In this document: positions 25,072 through 37,899 of the stretch, piece after piece
How the letters are laid out: every line of letters begins with the position of its first letter
How positions within the stretch are numbered: position 1 is the stretch's first letter
NCBI RefSeq assembly: GCF_006345805.1
Contig: NC_043003.1
Location: 61,752,001-61,816,000 of the forward strand
Direction of reading: 5' to 3'
Length of the DNA stretch: 64,000 nt
Origin: Octopus sinensis
Taxonomy: Eukaryota
The notes under the pieces: model-generated
Told to the model about the DNA's origin: nothing
Seen by the model: only the letters and a program-made list of their open reading frames with translations
Database searches by the model: none
Position numbers and translations under genes: made by a program

Positions 25072-27154
25072 CATAAAACAGTGTTCTCGTGTCTAAACAT
25101 ATTTGATTTTATTATAATTGTTTTGTTTTTTTTTATAAATTTTAAATGTATAAATCTATATTAAGAAATGGAGGTTATACAGGAATATGATGTATCAAGA
25201 AAATAGATTTTATTCAAAACCAGCTTTTAAATTAGACAAACTTTATTCTACTTTTTTGCCAATAGTGTATATTTCAATAAGCTTATTGTGCCATTTTTAC
25301 ATCATTTTTTCAACTTGTGTAATTTTTACCGTTCATCATACAATGCATATCACTGTATCTTTTTGTTGCTGCTTTCCTGAAACAGCTGTAAAGATCACTC
25401 TTAAATTTTCTATGAACTATTTTCTTACTTTCTTAATTATATTTGTCTAACTTATTTGTAAGTACTTTGGTAACATAACTAATTGCCTATCTATCGTGTA
25501 TCTTATCTTTATTTTCATTAGCTCCACCGGTGTGTTTCCTACAACGAAACAGAGTAACGTATTCAGTGTAGTACTCAATTGTTTGTACCATACATGAGAA
25601 TCGCGAACAATTAGAGACAAATACAGCTGTTTTTTTTTTTTTTCATAAGAACATAAATAAGAAAAAAAATGAAATAGTGATCCCCCCAACAAAGAATCGA
25701 AACTCATTTGTGGAGCTAAGAACAGTCGCACTGCAGTGTTCGCTGGTGCGCAATAAGCTAATAACATTTTTAAAACGAAACTAATCTTGTAAACTGTCGA
25801 CGAACATAAAAATCAAAACAAACTTCTCCCTTCTGTATTCTCATTCACTGATTTATTTATTTTAAAGTAAAAGTTTTAGTTGGTTTGTTTTATGTTTCCT
25901 TCTTAGTTAAAAGCTTTCTTCATATAAACTGATTTTTAACTTGGTTATTATCCTTTAATTCCATTTTAAAAAGCAAGGAAACGTAAGTCCTATTTTTCAC
26001 TCAAAAAATATTGCTAAATATATTAGATTTCCAAAGAACTTAACTAAACTACGAAGATTTCACTTAACCATTTTTATTTCACTGCTTCCTTCCTTCCTTC
26101 TCAACATTTTCTGGAATATACATACAACACGACAAAAAGCTTCTTATTGTGAGGTTGTTTAGCCCTATTGTCAGTCGTAATCGAGTAGATGTACAAAGAA
26201 GTTCCTGTTATAATCATCTCATTCTTTTTGTAGGTACATCAAGATCTACATTACCTAACGTATCCTTCCTGTTTTCTTTGCTTTTCTTTAAGACGATGAG
26301 TTGAGAGATTTAGCTGTTATTTCTAGCAAGTTCAGCTCAGCATTATTAAAGTATCTAGTATTTTTCACTTCGTTCCTTAAAATTTGAGAACCAGAAGAGA
26401 GGGTGATCTGAAATCAATATTATACCATATAGATCTGTGATCAATTCTTAGCCAAAACGTAACGAAATCCCAGCTAGAAACGTTCCATTTCCTTTATTAA
26501 TAACATATAGCCAATATCCGTAGCACGTTCCCATAAAATAAATAAATTAAAGTTTAAAATCAGGATTGAAATGTTACTCCAGCGGTACAGTTGTTCTAAT
26601 CGGAGTCAAGAAAACGGAAAGAGGCCTTTTATAGTCTTTCGACTTGCTAAAAACAACAGCTAAAATTTCCGTTTCATCACAAACTACTCTTAAATATGAC
26701 AAGACCACATTAGATAATAGAGCAAAATATAACCTTAACAAGATAGGATGGTCACGTCTGGAGTACGTTTACTCATAACTATTCGAAAATCCAATCACCC
26801 CTTACTTTACAAAAGGTACCTTGATGTTGCTGCTGTTATTATCATTTAACACCAGGTCAACCCTGAAAGATCAGACTTAAAATTCGATTCATCGAAAAGA
26901 GAAAGTGATCAAATATTTGGCAGAAATTATTCAATTTCACGAGTGAGTGAGTGGAGAAATTTCTGTTGTCTTATAGGAATATGCGAATGAGCTTTCACCA
27001 AAAATCAATATTAGTATGTTTTTGATAAACAAATTACGAAATGAATGAAGGAAACAAACTATTTCCTTCCTACAACATACATTGCACTAGTTAAATACGC
27101 TTGTTCTCGATTGATTACAGCATATATTTAGCATGTAGCCACACAATTGTTTAC

Positions 27155-27247
27155 CTTTAAAGATGTTATGGTTGCTTGTTTCATACGTCTATCAGAAGAG
27201 GTAGCGTGGCTATCGCATCTAGGTACCTTGACAATATATTTGTCCAT
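27155..27247 (-). CDS. TCEANC2: First coding exon of a TCEANC2-like gene (TFIIS N-terminal and central domain protein 2)
   Basis: 93 nt from ATG to AAG|GTAAAC phase-0 donor: MDKYIVKVPRCDSHATSSDRRMKQATITSLK, matching the recalled vertebrate N-terminus MDKFVIRTPR...KQATIESLK; lies in a CpG-retaining region. Confidence 0.82.
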
Positions 27248-27370
27248 ATTTCTTATCTTCCATACATCCGTAAAAGCAAAGCAATCAAACGGTGAGACGT
27301 AAAGAAAAGCACGCGGCTTCCGTTTACGATACACACGCGGTACAATTATGTTTGTGTGTATGCGCCCCTA
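27248..27370 (-). promoter_or_regulatory. Putative 5'UTR/core promoter of the TCEANC2-like gene
   Basis: 9 CpGs in 27269-27339 against a CpG-poor background; ETS-like ACGGAAG on the minus strand; no convincing splice acceptor before the ATG. Confidence 0.55.
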
Positions 27371-27582
27371 TGTATGTGTCTAAGTTTAACTAGATCAACA
27401 CTTGAAAGATGCAGCAGACACAATATATAAGTATATATTACTTACACACATACATATATTTCATGTCTATATATATATCATCATCATTTAACGTCCGTTT
27501 TCCATACTGACATAGATTAGACATGTATATATATTATATATAACGGCGGACATCAGCAATATATATATATACTAAGCAATAA

Positions 27583-27746
27583 AGGGTTTAGCAACGAATT
27601 GCCTTACCACATACCGAATTTAGAAATAGCAGTCAAAGAGTTATAGCTATTTCTTCTACTAAAAAGGGAGATCTCAGTAAAAACAGCAATTGGAAGGCAG
27701 ACACAAACAGGTAAGAGAGAATGAATTGACGGCAATCTATCATACA

Positions 27747-27750
<4 letters not shown>
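27583..27750 (-). mobile_element. Truncated copy of the hammerhead-bearing family at 53338-53852
   Basis: AGGGTTTAGCAACG...GAGATCTCAGTAAAA...CATACAATAT aligns to 53452-53620; flanked by (TA)n. Confidence 0.85.
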
Positions 27751-27779
<29 letters not shown>

Positions 27780-27834
27780 ATATATAATATATATATATAT
27801 AGCATTCTTTCGTTATGAGTATATATATATATGT

Positions 27835-28388
27835 CTTTTACTTGTTTCAGTAATTAGATTACAGTCATGCTGAGGCACTGCCTTGAAGATTTTTTTCTTT
27901 TTTTTTTTTAAGCCTGGTCATTAAGTTACGGGGACGTAAACACAACACCGGTTGTTAAGTGGTGTTGGGGGACATCCTCAGACACAAAGACCGGCGCGGG
28001 TTCACTCTTCTTCATGATTACCGACATATTCACACGCTCACACATATATTTATAGCAGAAGACACTTTTACCCAAGGTGTCAAGCAGTAGGACTGAATCT
28101 GGAGCCATGTGGTTTGGAAGTGAACTTCATACTTCACAGCTTAGCCAGGCTCATGCGCCTGGTTTCCCGGTTTCTGTGGCGTATGTGTTCCACACACACA
28201 CACCCAGCTGGACGGGACGCCAGTCCATCGCAGCGTTACTCAAGAAACAGGAAGAAAGAGTGAGAGAAAGTTGGGGTGAAAAAGTACAACAGGGGTCGCC
28301 ACCACCACCCACTGCCGAAGCCCGGTCTGGGAATTGAAACCGCGAGTCCGCTGCCCTAACCACTGGGCCATTGCGCCTCCACACGCCT
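27835..28388 (-). mobile_element. Two adjacent SINEs (family A 27835-28140; family B 28146-28388)
   Basis: Family B head TGGCCCAGTGGTTAGGGCAG...TTTCAATTCCC; related copy at 39330-39562. Confidence 0.8.
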
Positions 28389-28499
28389 GATATATATACA
28401 GATATATTACACCCATCCACATATATATGTATGCATTACACACACACGCATATATGTAGTACACATACACACGTATGTGTGTAGTGTAGTTTATTTATT

Positions 28500-29050
28500 T
28501 ATGGCAGCCCATCCAAGACATTCAGTTTCAAAAAGTTCTATCTAGCATCACAAACGGACTTCCATGCCTTCTGATAAATAGCCAGTGGTTCCAACCAATT
28601 GAGAGGGACACCACATAAAATGAGAGACTACTTGAGATGATTATGAAGTGTGGTGTTTAAAGGGAGCTATCATTCACCCTATGTCCTCATGAAGTACAGC
28701 AGTCCATGTTTGACTAGACTAGAGCATTCATTTTTCCTTTCCCTGTAGAAACAATGCTTTCAAATGGTCAGGAGGTCCATCTGTTGCCAGCACCCTCTGG
28801 AAGACAAGCTCAGCATGCCACAGCTGCAAATGTCCAAACACATGCTGTGGCTATGCCACTTAGAGATTTTCCTTGATGGTGAGCTGGTGTAACCTCCATT
28901 TATAAAACGCTCCTTACTGTAGCTCATCTCTTTGATAGAGCTACAATCCTAGGTCAAAAAAAGACCAAGATTAAGTGCTTGGCATCTGGAATGTCATCAG
29001 GCACTCATTGCCCTCTACCAATGAGGAAATGCAGTTGATGGAAATTCTAC
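28500..29050 (-). mobile_element. Highly decayed RTE-like LINE 3' coding remnant
   Basis: Minus strand CGVPLNWLEPLAIYQKAWK resembles the RTE C-terminal WExLAxDRxxWR motif. Confidence 0.45.
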
Positions 29051-29074
29051 ATTAGCAACATATAGAAATCTAGT

Positions 29075-29965
29075 GGTGGGTAAGAGCAATGATAGTATTA
29101 AGGAAACTAAGTTTCAACAAGGATGAACTAGGTTTCCAGAGGACTTTCAGGCCAGGTACTACCATGGGTACCTTCCAGAAATCCCTGGGGAGCATTACTG
29201 GTTTGAGAAAAACTCTACAGGTATTGAAGTGCTGCCAGACAGGACTGTCTGAGATGCAAGTAGAGCAACAAAGCTGTTCTACATGCACTCATTCAGTGTC
29301 CAAGTATTACTGACATAACAACAGCTGTTAGCACATGTGACATAATCTGACTATTAGCCAAGTCCATTGTGAAGATTGCTCCATTGCCCACCTTTACCAA
29401 AGTAGGGCAGACAGATTTCTTCTGTTTAGTGGCTATGACAAAAGAGATTGTGTGGTGGACAAGGCTGAAAGAATTGAGGGAAGACATCTTCCAGGAAAGT
29501 GAGGGGGAGAAGGAAGTGCTACCACCTAATGAATTTGTGGACAGATGGATGATTGTGACAAAAATAGGGTGAAAGCATTAATCTAAGTATGTGCCTGTAG
29601 ATTGGAGAACAACATTTGGGAGAGGGCTTATTCCTTTGCTGGTCAGAGTAATCCTGGATCTCTGGGGTTCTTTGATTGGAGCAGTGAAAATTGGTAAAGC
29701 ATTCTCCATTTGAGCTACTTGGGTGAACATATGCACATGGCCACATATACATATGGATCACATATACATAAACAGTAATGAAACATACACACTCGTGTTC
29801 TGTTGTGACATGCACACCCATAAGGGCAAGTACTCAACATGCACACATATATGCTTGCATCAACCAATTCAGATAATCTCAAACCCGAAGCGCTGTCTTG
29901 ACTTAAACAAAAGAGCTTTGCCACTATGTTAGAAACTGGCTTGACTGCTGTAAAGGAAAAAAACT
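29075..29965 (+). mobile_element. L1/Tx1-type LINE 3' fragment
   Basis: ALLV*EKLYRY and CxxC...AVLHALIQC (zf-RVT-like CCHC), then FFCLVAMTKEIVWWTR; the 3' boundary is a guess at an A-rich end. Confidence 0.7.
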
Positions 29966-29996
29966 GAAAATATATCCCAAAGAAAACATATGTATA

Positions 29997-30088
<92 letters not shown>

Positions 30089-31434
30089 TGTGTGTGTTAT
30101 GATATATATGTATATTTGTATGTACATATGTATGTAAATATATGAATGTGTATGTACATATATACATATACACAAAGACACACACTCACACATTTCAATG
30201 TATGTGCTTGTGTCGATAAAATATTGGTAATATTTGCTAATTTTCTCCATACATGACATGTATCTGCTTGTTCCTGTTTCCATGGAAGTATGTTGGTGAT
30301 TCTTTTCTAATCTAATAAAATATTTCCTACGTTTATTGAATTTTTAACATCAGACTACTTTCATGGTTTACTGATCGTTAAAAATCATGCAAACATTTCT
30401 GAATGTTTAAATAGATCGAATTTATTTATTTATCTATTTATTCATTTATTTATTATGTATGAAAGTATAATATGCGAATGGGAGATTGTTGTAGAATTAC
30501 AATCCAAGGAATGGTTTGGGTTTTTTTATCTCTCTGTTTGAAATAAATATATAAATGCCCCTTTAATGTTAAGTGTTATATAAATTAATAAACGTTTACA
30601 TAAGATGAAAAATATTGTAATTCTTATTATTATGAGTTAATTCATCTTTAAAACTTTTCCGAATTATTTCCATTTTCTCCCTTTTATAAGTTTGAGATGA
30701 ATCGAAATATATTATTTATAGGGAAATTAGTGAAAAGATACCGTTTATTTAATTAAATAGAAGCTGAAGAATAGGGAGAATAATTTTGATATTCTTGTAT
30801 TATAATAATTGTCAGAATTATTTAAAATGTTTGTGTACTTTTCTGTTTGTTTCCAATAACATCAGGATAACAATGTAGAGAACTGCATCTAAGATTTGTA
30901 AAGGATATTGTATATAGATGACACTGACTCAAAATGATTGTAATTTGAAGCAAAATCAAAGTGGGGAAATGAATACGATGAAGAGAATATTAAACCCAAA
31001 TTATTAATTATTGAAATAACATAATAAAAATAGAACTAAATAGCAGATGATGTCAGTATAATGGCAGAAAGTAAATATTTTTTTCCTACATGTCACTTCA
31101 TGAAAATCATGAAGAAAATCACAAAATTACAGAAATTACAGAAATAAAAATATAAAATTTAAAACCTTTGAATCTAGTATGAAATCAGAAGTTAAAAATT
31201 GTAAAAAGAAATCCTTTCACGAATTCTTTTATCTTAACACCCTGCTGTGTGTATGGTAGATTTATGTCAGCCAGCATTTTAATTCACCTGCAATATCCAT
31301 TTTCTATGGAAGTATGTCATCACTTAACAAGTTTTATCTTAAGAAATGCCAAATGCTTATTTTCATCATTAACAGTTGGAAATGTTGTCATTGTTCAGCT
31401 CCACTAATTGAAAATTAAATTGCAATTACACACA

Positions 31435-31493
<59 letters not shown>

Positions 31494-32606
31494 TCATATA
31501 CACATACATACACGGTGAGAAAGAGAGAGAGATACGTATGCATATATATGTAAATAGACAGACACAAACTCATATAGAGAGAGATATACATGTGTGTATA
31601 CATGTATATATACATATATACCTATATATTTATATATGTATGTGTACATATACATGTATATATGTATGTACACACACACACACACACACAGATATATATA
31701 AATGTCTATATACATACACAACCACAGATACGCAGTTATGCTTATGGAAATAAAAATTACTCTTTCATAAAAATATCTAACAATGATAACAGAAATATAA
31801 GATAAAAGAAAACTTAATTTTTGAAATAAAATTATAAAATGCACAACTAAAATTCATTTATCAATTATTTTATGTCAAGGGTATTTTTTTTTATTTTTAA
31901 AGAGAATTTTTTTAGCTGTCATTGCTATTGCACACTATCATTTTAAATGCTTCAGGTTTCTTACATCATACAATAATGAGTATATCATTAAAGAGAATAT
32001 TTTTCAAGAATGCATCACTAGAATATTAATGTTTAAAAGGAAGGATGACTTATATCAGAAAATAAGAAGATTATTACTGGAACCAAATAGTGGAAGTTGT
32101 TTAAAGGAAGCATTACTGCTCTTAAGGTAGCTTTCTGGATGAGAAGCACTGCAGATAAGTAAAGTGGGAGGAAAAAAACTTATATCTATTTATAATTAAA
32201 TACAGAATGTGAGGTTTCAAGAATGGAGAATGAAAAGCTATAACATTGAAGCCTTTCTTAAGAGTATTAAGAAGTGGAATTATTCCAAATAGGAATCAAA
32301 GCTGAATGCTAACTTGGCTCAACTGGAGGCTGATATTATTCCATGGTAATCACCCAATAATAAAACTAATCTTATAAGAAGAAGTTTTATACTGCTAGTG
32401 AAATCTCTACAATGTTGACTAGTATTGTTTATCTTTAAATACAAAATTTCAGCTCGTTTTTTTTTTGTTTTTTTTTGTAGGATGGGGAGTAAAAATATAC
32501 TTTTGTCAAAAATCTAAGAGACGGACCAAAAAGCAAATGGTATTAAGAACATAGAACATAAAAATTCCAGTGTGAAGCTGAATTCTAAGGGTTGTCAAAG
32601 AGACCA

Positions 32607-32643
<37 letters not shown>

Positions 32644-32646
<3 letters not shown>

Positions 32647-33087
32647 TGCCAGAGTGGCTTGCTTACCAACCACATGGTCCTCGGTTCAGTCCCACTGCAT
32701 GGCACCTTGGACAAGTGCCTTCTACTATAGCCTCGGGCCGACCAAAGCCTAGTGGGTGGATTTGGTAGATGGAAACTGGAAGAAGCCCGTTGTATATGTA
32801 TATATATATGTGTGTGTGTGTGTGTATATATGTTTGTATATGTTTGTGAAAGAAGCCTGTCGTATATATATGTGTGTATATATGTATGTGTTTGTTGTTT
32901 AGTTGTTTGTGTCTGTGTTTGTCCCCTCCCCGCTCACGATCACTTGACAACTGATGGTAGTGTGTTTACGTCCCTGTAACTTAGCGGTTTGGCTTACAAA
33001 GAATTAGCTCTGGGGTCAATTTGCTTGACTAAAGGCGGTGCTCCAGTATGGTCGCAGTCAGATGACTGAAACAAGTAAAAGTAAAAG
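32644..33087 (+). mobile_element. SINE family A
   Basis: Aligns to 1848-2241; starts directly after (TA)n. Confidence 0.9.
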
Positions 33088-33243
33088 AATATATATGTGT
33101 GTGTGTATGTGTGTGTATATATATATGTATATATATATTTATATACTGTGAAAATTATAAGGGTAAACAATTTAGAAAAATTTTCATACTGGTGGCTAGC
33201 GTGCATAATAAATGTCAATAGACAACATATTATCATATATAAG

Positions 33244-33495
33244 AGTGTATAAGTATTTATACACAGAGAGGTGACTCTTGATAGAACACCTTACATGCTA
33301 GAAAGGGCAGCCAAACCCAGGCAGCAAAAATAAAGTAATTCCAAAGAGAATGAAAACAAAAATTATTTATAGTTAATTTTTGTTTTCATTCTCTTTGGAA
33401 TCACTTTTTTTGTGCGGTTTGGGTTTGGCTGCCCTTTCTATCATGTAAGGCGTCCTATCAAGGGTCACCTCTCTGTGTATAAATACTTATACACT
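33244..33495. repeat. Long palindrome (~122-bp arms, 8-nt loop)
   Basis: 33244-33365 is the reverse complement of 33374-33495 with scattered mismatches; lies between (TA)n tracts. Confidence 0.92.
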
Positions 33496-33498
33496 ACA

Positions 33499-33543
<45 letters not shown>

Positions 33544-33834
33544 GGTGGCAGACTGGGTCTAAAAATATTGGCTGCCAGAAGACTAATGCAACTACAATGG
33601 TATCATTTATTTATTTATTTATTTATTTATTTATTTGTTTAAAGTATTCTTTTCAACTGTCTACAAACACAGCCAGGCTGAAATAATTAATGCATTCTTC
33701 CAGGAGTGAATAAGAAATTCTCAAATTTGAAGGGATGCCCCCCCCCCCATATATGGATTCTAATAGCACAGGAGTCTACTTGTCATCAGGTAAGCTGGCA
33801 ACCTGTCCAGTTCACCACTGTATATGTATATATA

Positions 33835-33868
<34 letters not shown>

Positions 33869-34849
33869 TGCCAGCCTCGTCTGGCACCTGTGTCAGTGGC
33901 ATGTAAAAAGTACCCACTACACTCACGGAGTGGTTGGTGTTAGGAAGGGCATCCAGCTGTAGAAACATTGCCAGATCAGACTGGGCCTGGAGCAGCCTTC
34001 TGGCTTCCCAGACCCCAGTTGAACCGTCCAACCCATGCCAGCATGGAAAGCGGACACTAAATGATGATGATGATGATAATACTCAATTTTGAGGGATTAA
34101 TCGATATGTGGGTATTCTATTTCAGAACCCAATGAGTATATCTGACAGTAAACTCATGGTATCAGTTTGTACATCACAAAATAATACTTAAAGGATATAA
34201 CCAAAATTTCCAGCTGGGTATATGATGTACTTCATTAATCATATCATACTTTTGTTAATAGTTATATTTATTAAATATGAAGGAACTACACGTGTTTCCG
34301 TATTGGAAACATGTGCTTGTGCCACTTGAAAACACCTGTGCTTGTGCCACTTGAAAAGCACCTGTGCTGGCATCACATAAAAATTCTTGTACTGGTGCCA
34401 CATAAGAAGCACCCAGGACACTCTGTAAAGTGGTCAGCATTAGGAAGGGTGACCAGCTACAGAAACCATGCCAAAACAGACAATAGGAACTTGGTGCAGC
34501 TCTCCAGCTTGTCACCTCCTTGTTAAATAATCCAATCCATGCCAGTTCATGGAAAACAGACATTAAATGATGATGATGATGATAATGATGATGGTGATGA
34601 CGACGATGATATATATTTATAAATGTATAAACAAGAGATACTGGATTGAACACACAAGCTTATTGCATAATGCTACAACTGTTTCATCTTCACTTTATCT
34701 GCAGATATTTGTCAAAATGTTATTATATAATATATTAAATATATCACAATGTCTCAGTATTATTTCAGCATCATTGGTAGGTGAAAGTTTCTGAGATATG
34801 AGTCTGCAATATAATATATTTAATATATATTAGTTTCAGATTTTGACAC

Positions 34850-35095
34850 AGCAGAGACTGAGGTTAGCTGGACTCACTCACCATCATTCAGAGCTGAAAC
34901 TGTACTCAGTGCTCCTGTGGGAGCCTCTACACAGACCACACTTGAAGAGGAAGACTGAGGGTGACATATGTTGTTGCCCTAAGGACAGACACTGGTCCTT
35001 GGGAGACACAGGACATGGCAGCGATGATGAGGGACAAAGACCACTAGAGAGAACTTGTCCATGGATCTCAAGAATTTTTACCTACCCTTTATAGA
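34850..35095 (+). mobile_element. Short 5'-truncated RTE-group LINE with TSD
   Basis: QRLRLAG...VLLWEPLH remnant; 13-bp TSD CAGATTTTGRCAC at 34837-34849 and 35096-35108, inside the tail of a family C SINE. Confidence 0.75.
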
Positions 35096-35581
35096 CAGAT
35101 TTTGGCACTAGGCCAGTAATTTTGGGGGTGGGGAGTTAATTTCATCAATCCTAGTGCTCAGTTACTGCTCATTTTGATGACCCTGAAAGGATTTAAGGCC
35201 AAGAAGACCTCTGGGTGGAATACGAACTCAGAGTGTAAAATCAGACTAAATGCTGTTAAGCATTGTGCCTGGCTTATAAATGATTCTGCAAGCTTGCCAC
35301 CTTAGTATATTTAATATATTACATAATATTTCAGCAAATAACTGTTGGTAAAGTGAAGATGAAACAATCATAGTGTTATGTAACAAATTGTGTTTGCTCA
35401 ATCCAATCTCTCTAGCTTACACTTTTAAGTTTATATTCTATGGATGTTCAGGGATTTCTGGATGTTCAGTAATGTGATCTGTTTATATTGTGAAATTGCA
35501 CCTGACATCCAATACCTGTATACAGGCTTCATAAAGCAAATTACTATGTCTATACACAAATTAAATTTATATATATATAAA

Positions 35582-36246
35582 TATAATGTGTCTTGAATGG
35601 CACAACAATGCAGAGTGGACTATAATAACTGTTATAATTTAATTATCCATAGTCTGATATTATAATAGTATTTCGGAATACAAAAATACCTTCTTCAGAT
35701 TTCTATAGGAATTGATCAAGTCACTACTATAATTGGCTTACCAACTGTAACTGAATTTTTTTTTTTTATCAGAAGTGTCTCTGCAGTGGTCTCACAAAGC
35801 TCCTTCCAGAATTCCTTATGAGAAGTGCACGAGGGTGGCCATGTCTCAAGCTCCTTGGCACATCCACAGTGCTGCTTCTAAGTTATGTATTATATATACA
35901 TAACTTAGAAGCAGTGCTGCAGATGTGCCAACACACGCAAGCTTGAGATATGGCTGCCCTCATGCCCTTCTCATGAGGAATTCCAGAAGGAGCTTCACGA
36001 GACCACTGTAGAGACGCTTCCGGAAAAAAAAATTCAGTATCAGTTGGAAAACTGATTATAGCAGTGATTCAATAAATTCTTATCGAAATCTGAAGAAGGA
36101 ATTTTTGTATTCCGAAATATTATTATATCAGACTATTGATGATTAAATTATAAGAGTTATTATAGTCCACTTTGCATTGCTGTGCCATTCAAGACACATT
36201 ATAATTTACAAACAATACACAATGCTTCTAGTGAACTAACAATACT

Positions 36247-36250
<4 letters not shown>
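35582..36250. mobile_element. Fold-back element with ~310-bp arms and hammerhead-like cores
   Basis: 35582-35890 mirrors 35896-36203 around a TA centre; CTGAAGA-A-GGAAT(N6)ATTCC-GAAA at 36090-36117(+) and its mirror at 35671-35698(-). Confidence 0.85.
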
Positions 36251-36278
<28 letters not shown>

Positions 36279-36281
<3 letters not shown>

Positions 36282-36846
36282 TGTGGTGGGTAAAAGTAGG
36301 TATATAGTTGCTTAGTATGACTTAAATGTTCTTTTCATTTCTTTATTTCTTTTTTAGGAAAAGAATTCTATGATTTTATGTTTTTTTAACTAATTCTTTC
36401 TGTAATATAATAATTATTCCTAATTTCAGATGTGTATTATATGACTGGAAATTTGATCAATGATGAATGAAAGTGGATCATCAAGCAATACTAGACAACA
36501 GAGAATGCAGAAATGGTTAGATAGAAATGGACTGAAGAATTTCAAAAACCAGCTCTGTCAAGATTAACATTTGCCAAAATATGAGACAAATTGGAGCAGA
36601 TTGGATCCCTCTGCAATGCATAGAAAGGCGGTTGACCAGTCAATGTTACCATGGAAAATGAAATGCTTATGGCTCAAGTATTCACTCAAAGTCCCCAGAA
36701 ATCAAAAGAAGGCTTCCAATGAACTAGGCATCTCACACATTCCTTAGTCAACTTACAAATCACCCAGGTTTAATAAAGAAATAGAGAAATGAAAAGAAAA
36801 TTCCACTCATATTAAGCAACTGTATAACTATATTTGCCAACCCCTG
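36279..36846 (+). mobile_element. Internally deleted Tc1/mariner-superfamily element
   Basis: TA-flanked imperfect ~35-bp TIRs (...AAAAGTAGGTATATAGTTGCTTA and TAAGCAACTGTATAACTATATTTG...); N-terminal transposase-like remnant KWIIKQY*TTENAE. Confidence 0.65.
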
Positions 36847-37087
36847 TATGCATTATTGCTTAGTCAGGAGGGAAGGACACTGTTCAAAGTACTGTATTTT
36901 CTTTAAGTGCCTTAAAACTATCAGAAGAAAGAGAGGAAGTTATTCTCAAACTGAAGACCTGCCTCAAATTCCTGCAACAATGTTCATTCCATTAAAGGTA
37001 CCTAAGGATCAAATTAAGTGTACCAGCTAAGAACCCAACATAAAAGGCCAGAACAAATACCCACAAGTTGTTTGTCTGACACAGACC

Positions 37088-37280
37088 TTCAGCATTTAAG
37101 CTGGCCAGATCTAGCCCAAATATTCCAACCGTTTTGTGTTCAAACCAGCCAGAACAGCCTCTCATGCCTCCCCTACAATGTTATTCTAAAAATAAACAAT
37201 GACATCATCAAAACCAACAAGATAATGTATAATTACTTCAAAACAACATAAATATATAAGCATTCCATTTGACAGAGTAA
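37088..37280. mobile_element. piggyBac-like MITE
   Basis: Ends in AATGCTAAAGGG-TTAA; related 5' ends TTAA-(C/T)(T/C)CTTTAGCATTTAAACTG near 15651 and 43963. Confidence 0.65.
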
Positions 37281-37675
37281 TCTGAATGCTAAAGGGTTAA
37301 TAGTTCCTCCAATCATAAACTGTATTTTATTTTATTAATATCCTCCACCTAAAAGCATTAAAAGACAACGGCAACTTTGGTGGAATGTGAACTCAGAATT
37401 CAAAGACCCAAAGCAAATACCACAAACCATTTTAATTCTATGCTCTAACATCATCATCATCATCATCGTTTAATGTCTGCTTTCCATGCTAGCATGGGTT
37501 GGATGATTTGACTGAGGACTGGCAAACCAGATGGCTGCACCAGGCTCTGTGTTAATTCAATGCTTTGAAAAAATGTACCTTAATATATTAAAATTTATAG
37601 ATTCACTGGAATTTTGATTCACCGGAATTTTGAGAAATAATTAAAAGACAACTATATAAAGAGCTCACATAAGAG

Positions 37676-37810
37676 CAGTGGTGCATCTCAGGGCAGCCCT
37701 AGAGTTTGCTTCCACCCATCAGGCCCTGAAACCTCTACAAGTTTATATAGCAGACCATAAAAATGTTGCCCAGAGTAAACTGCACCACCCCACCATCAGC
37801 TACACCAATG
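37676..37810. mobile_element. hAT-type MITE (135 bp)
   Basis: Perfect 8-bp TSD CATAAGAG (37668-37675 and 37811-37818); imperfect TIRs CAGTGGTGCATCT and AGCTACACCAATG. Confidence 0.8.
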
Positions 37811-37899
37811 CATAAGAGATTTTCCTGCCAAAACAAGAAGCTTTCCTAATTAAAATCCTAATTTTCTTGAATACTCATAGAACTAATCTTAATATACTT

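Larger units (their letters stand above)
23520..25335 (+). mobile_element. Internally deleted Mutator-like (FLYWCH-MULE) transposon
   Basis: Left end is a GGTAAAAATGGCACA array; inverted units (GTGCCATTTTTAC) at 25288-25331; transposase remnants in between. Confidence 0.75.
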
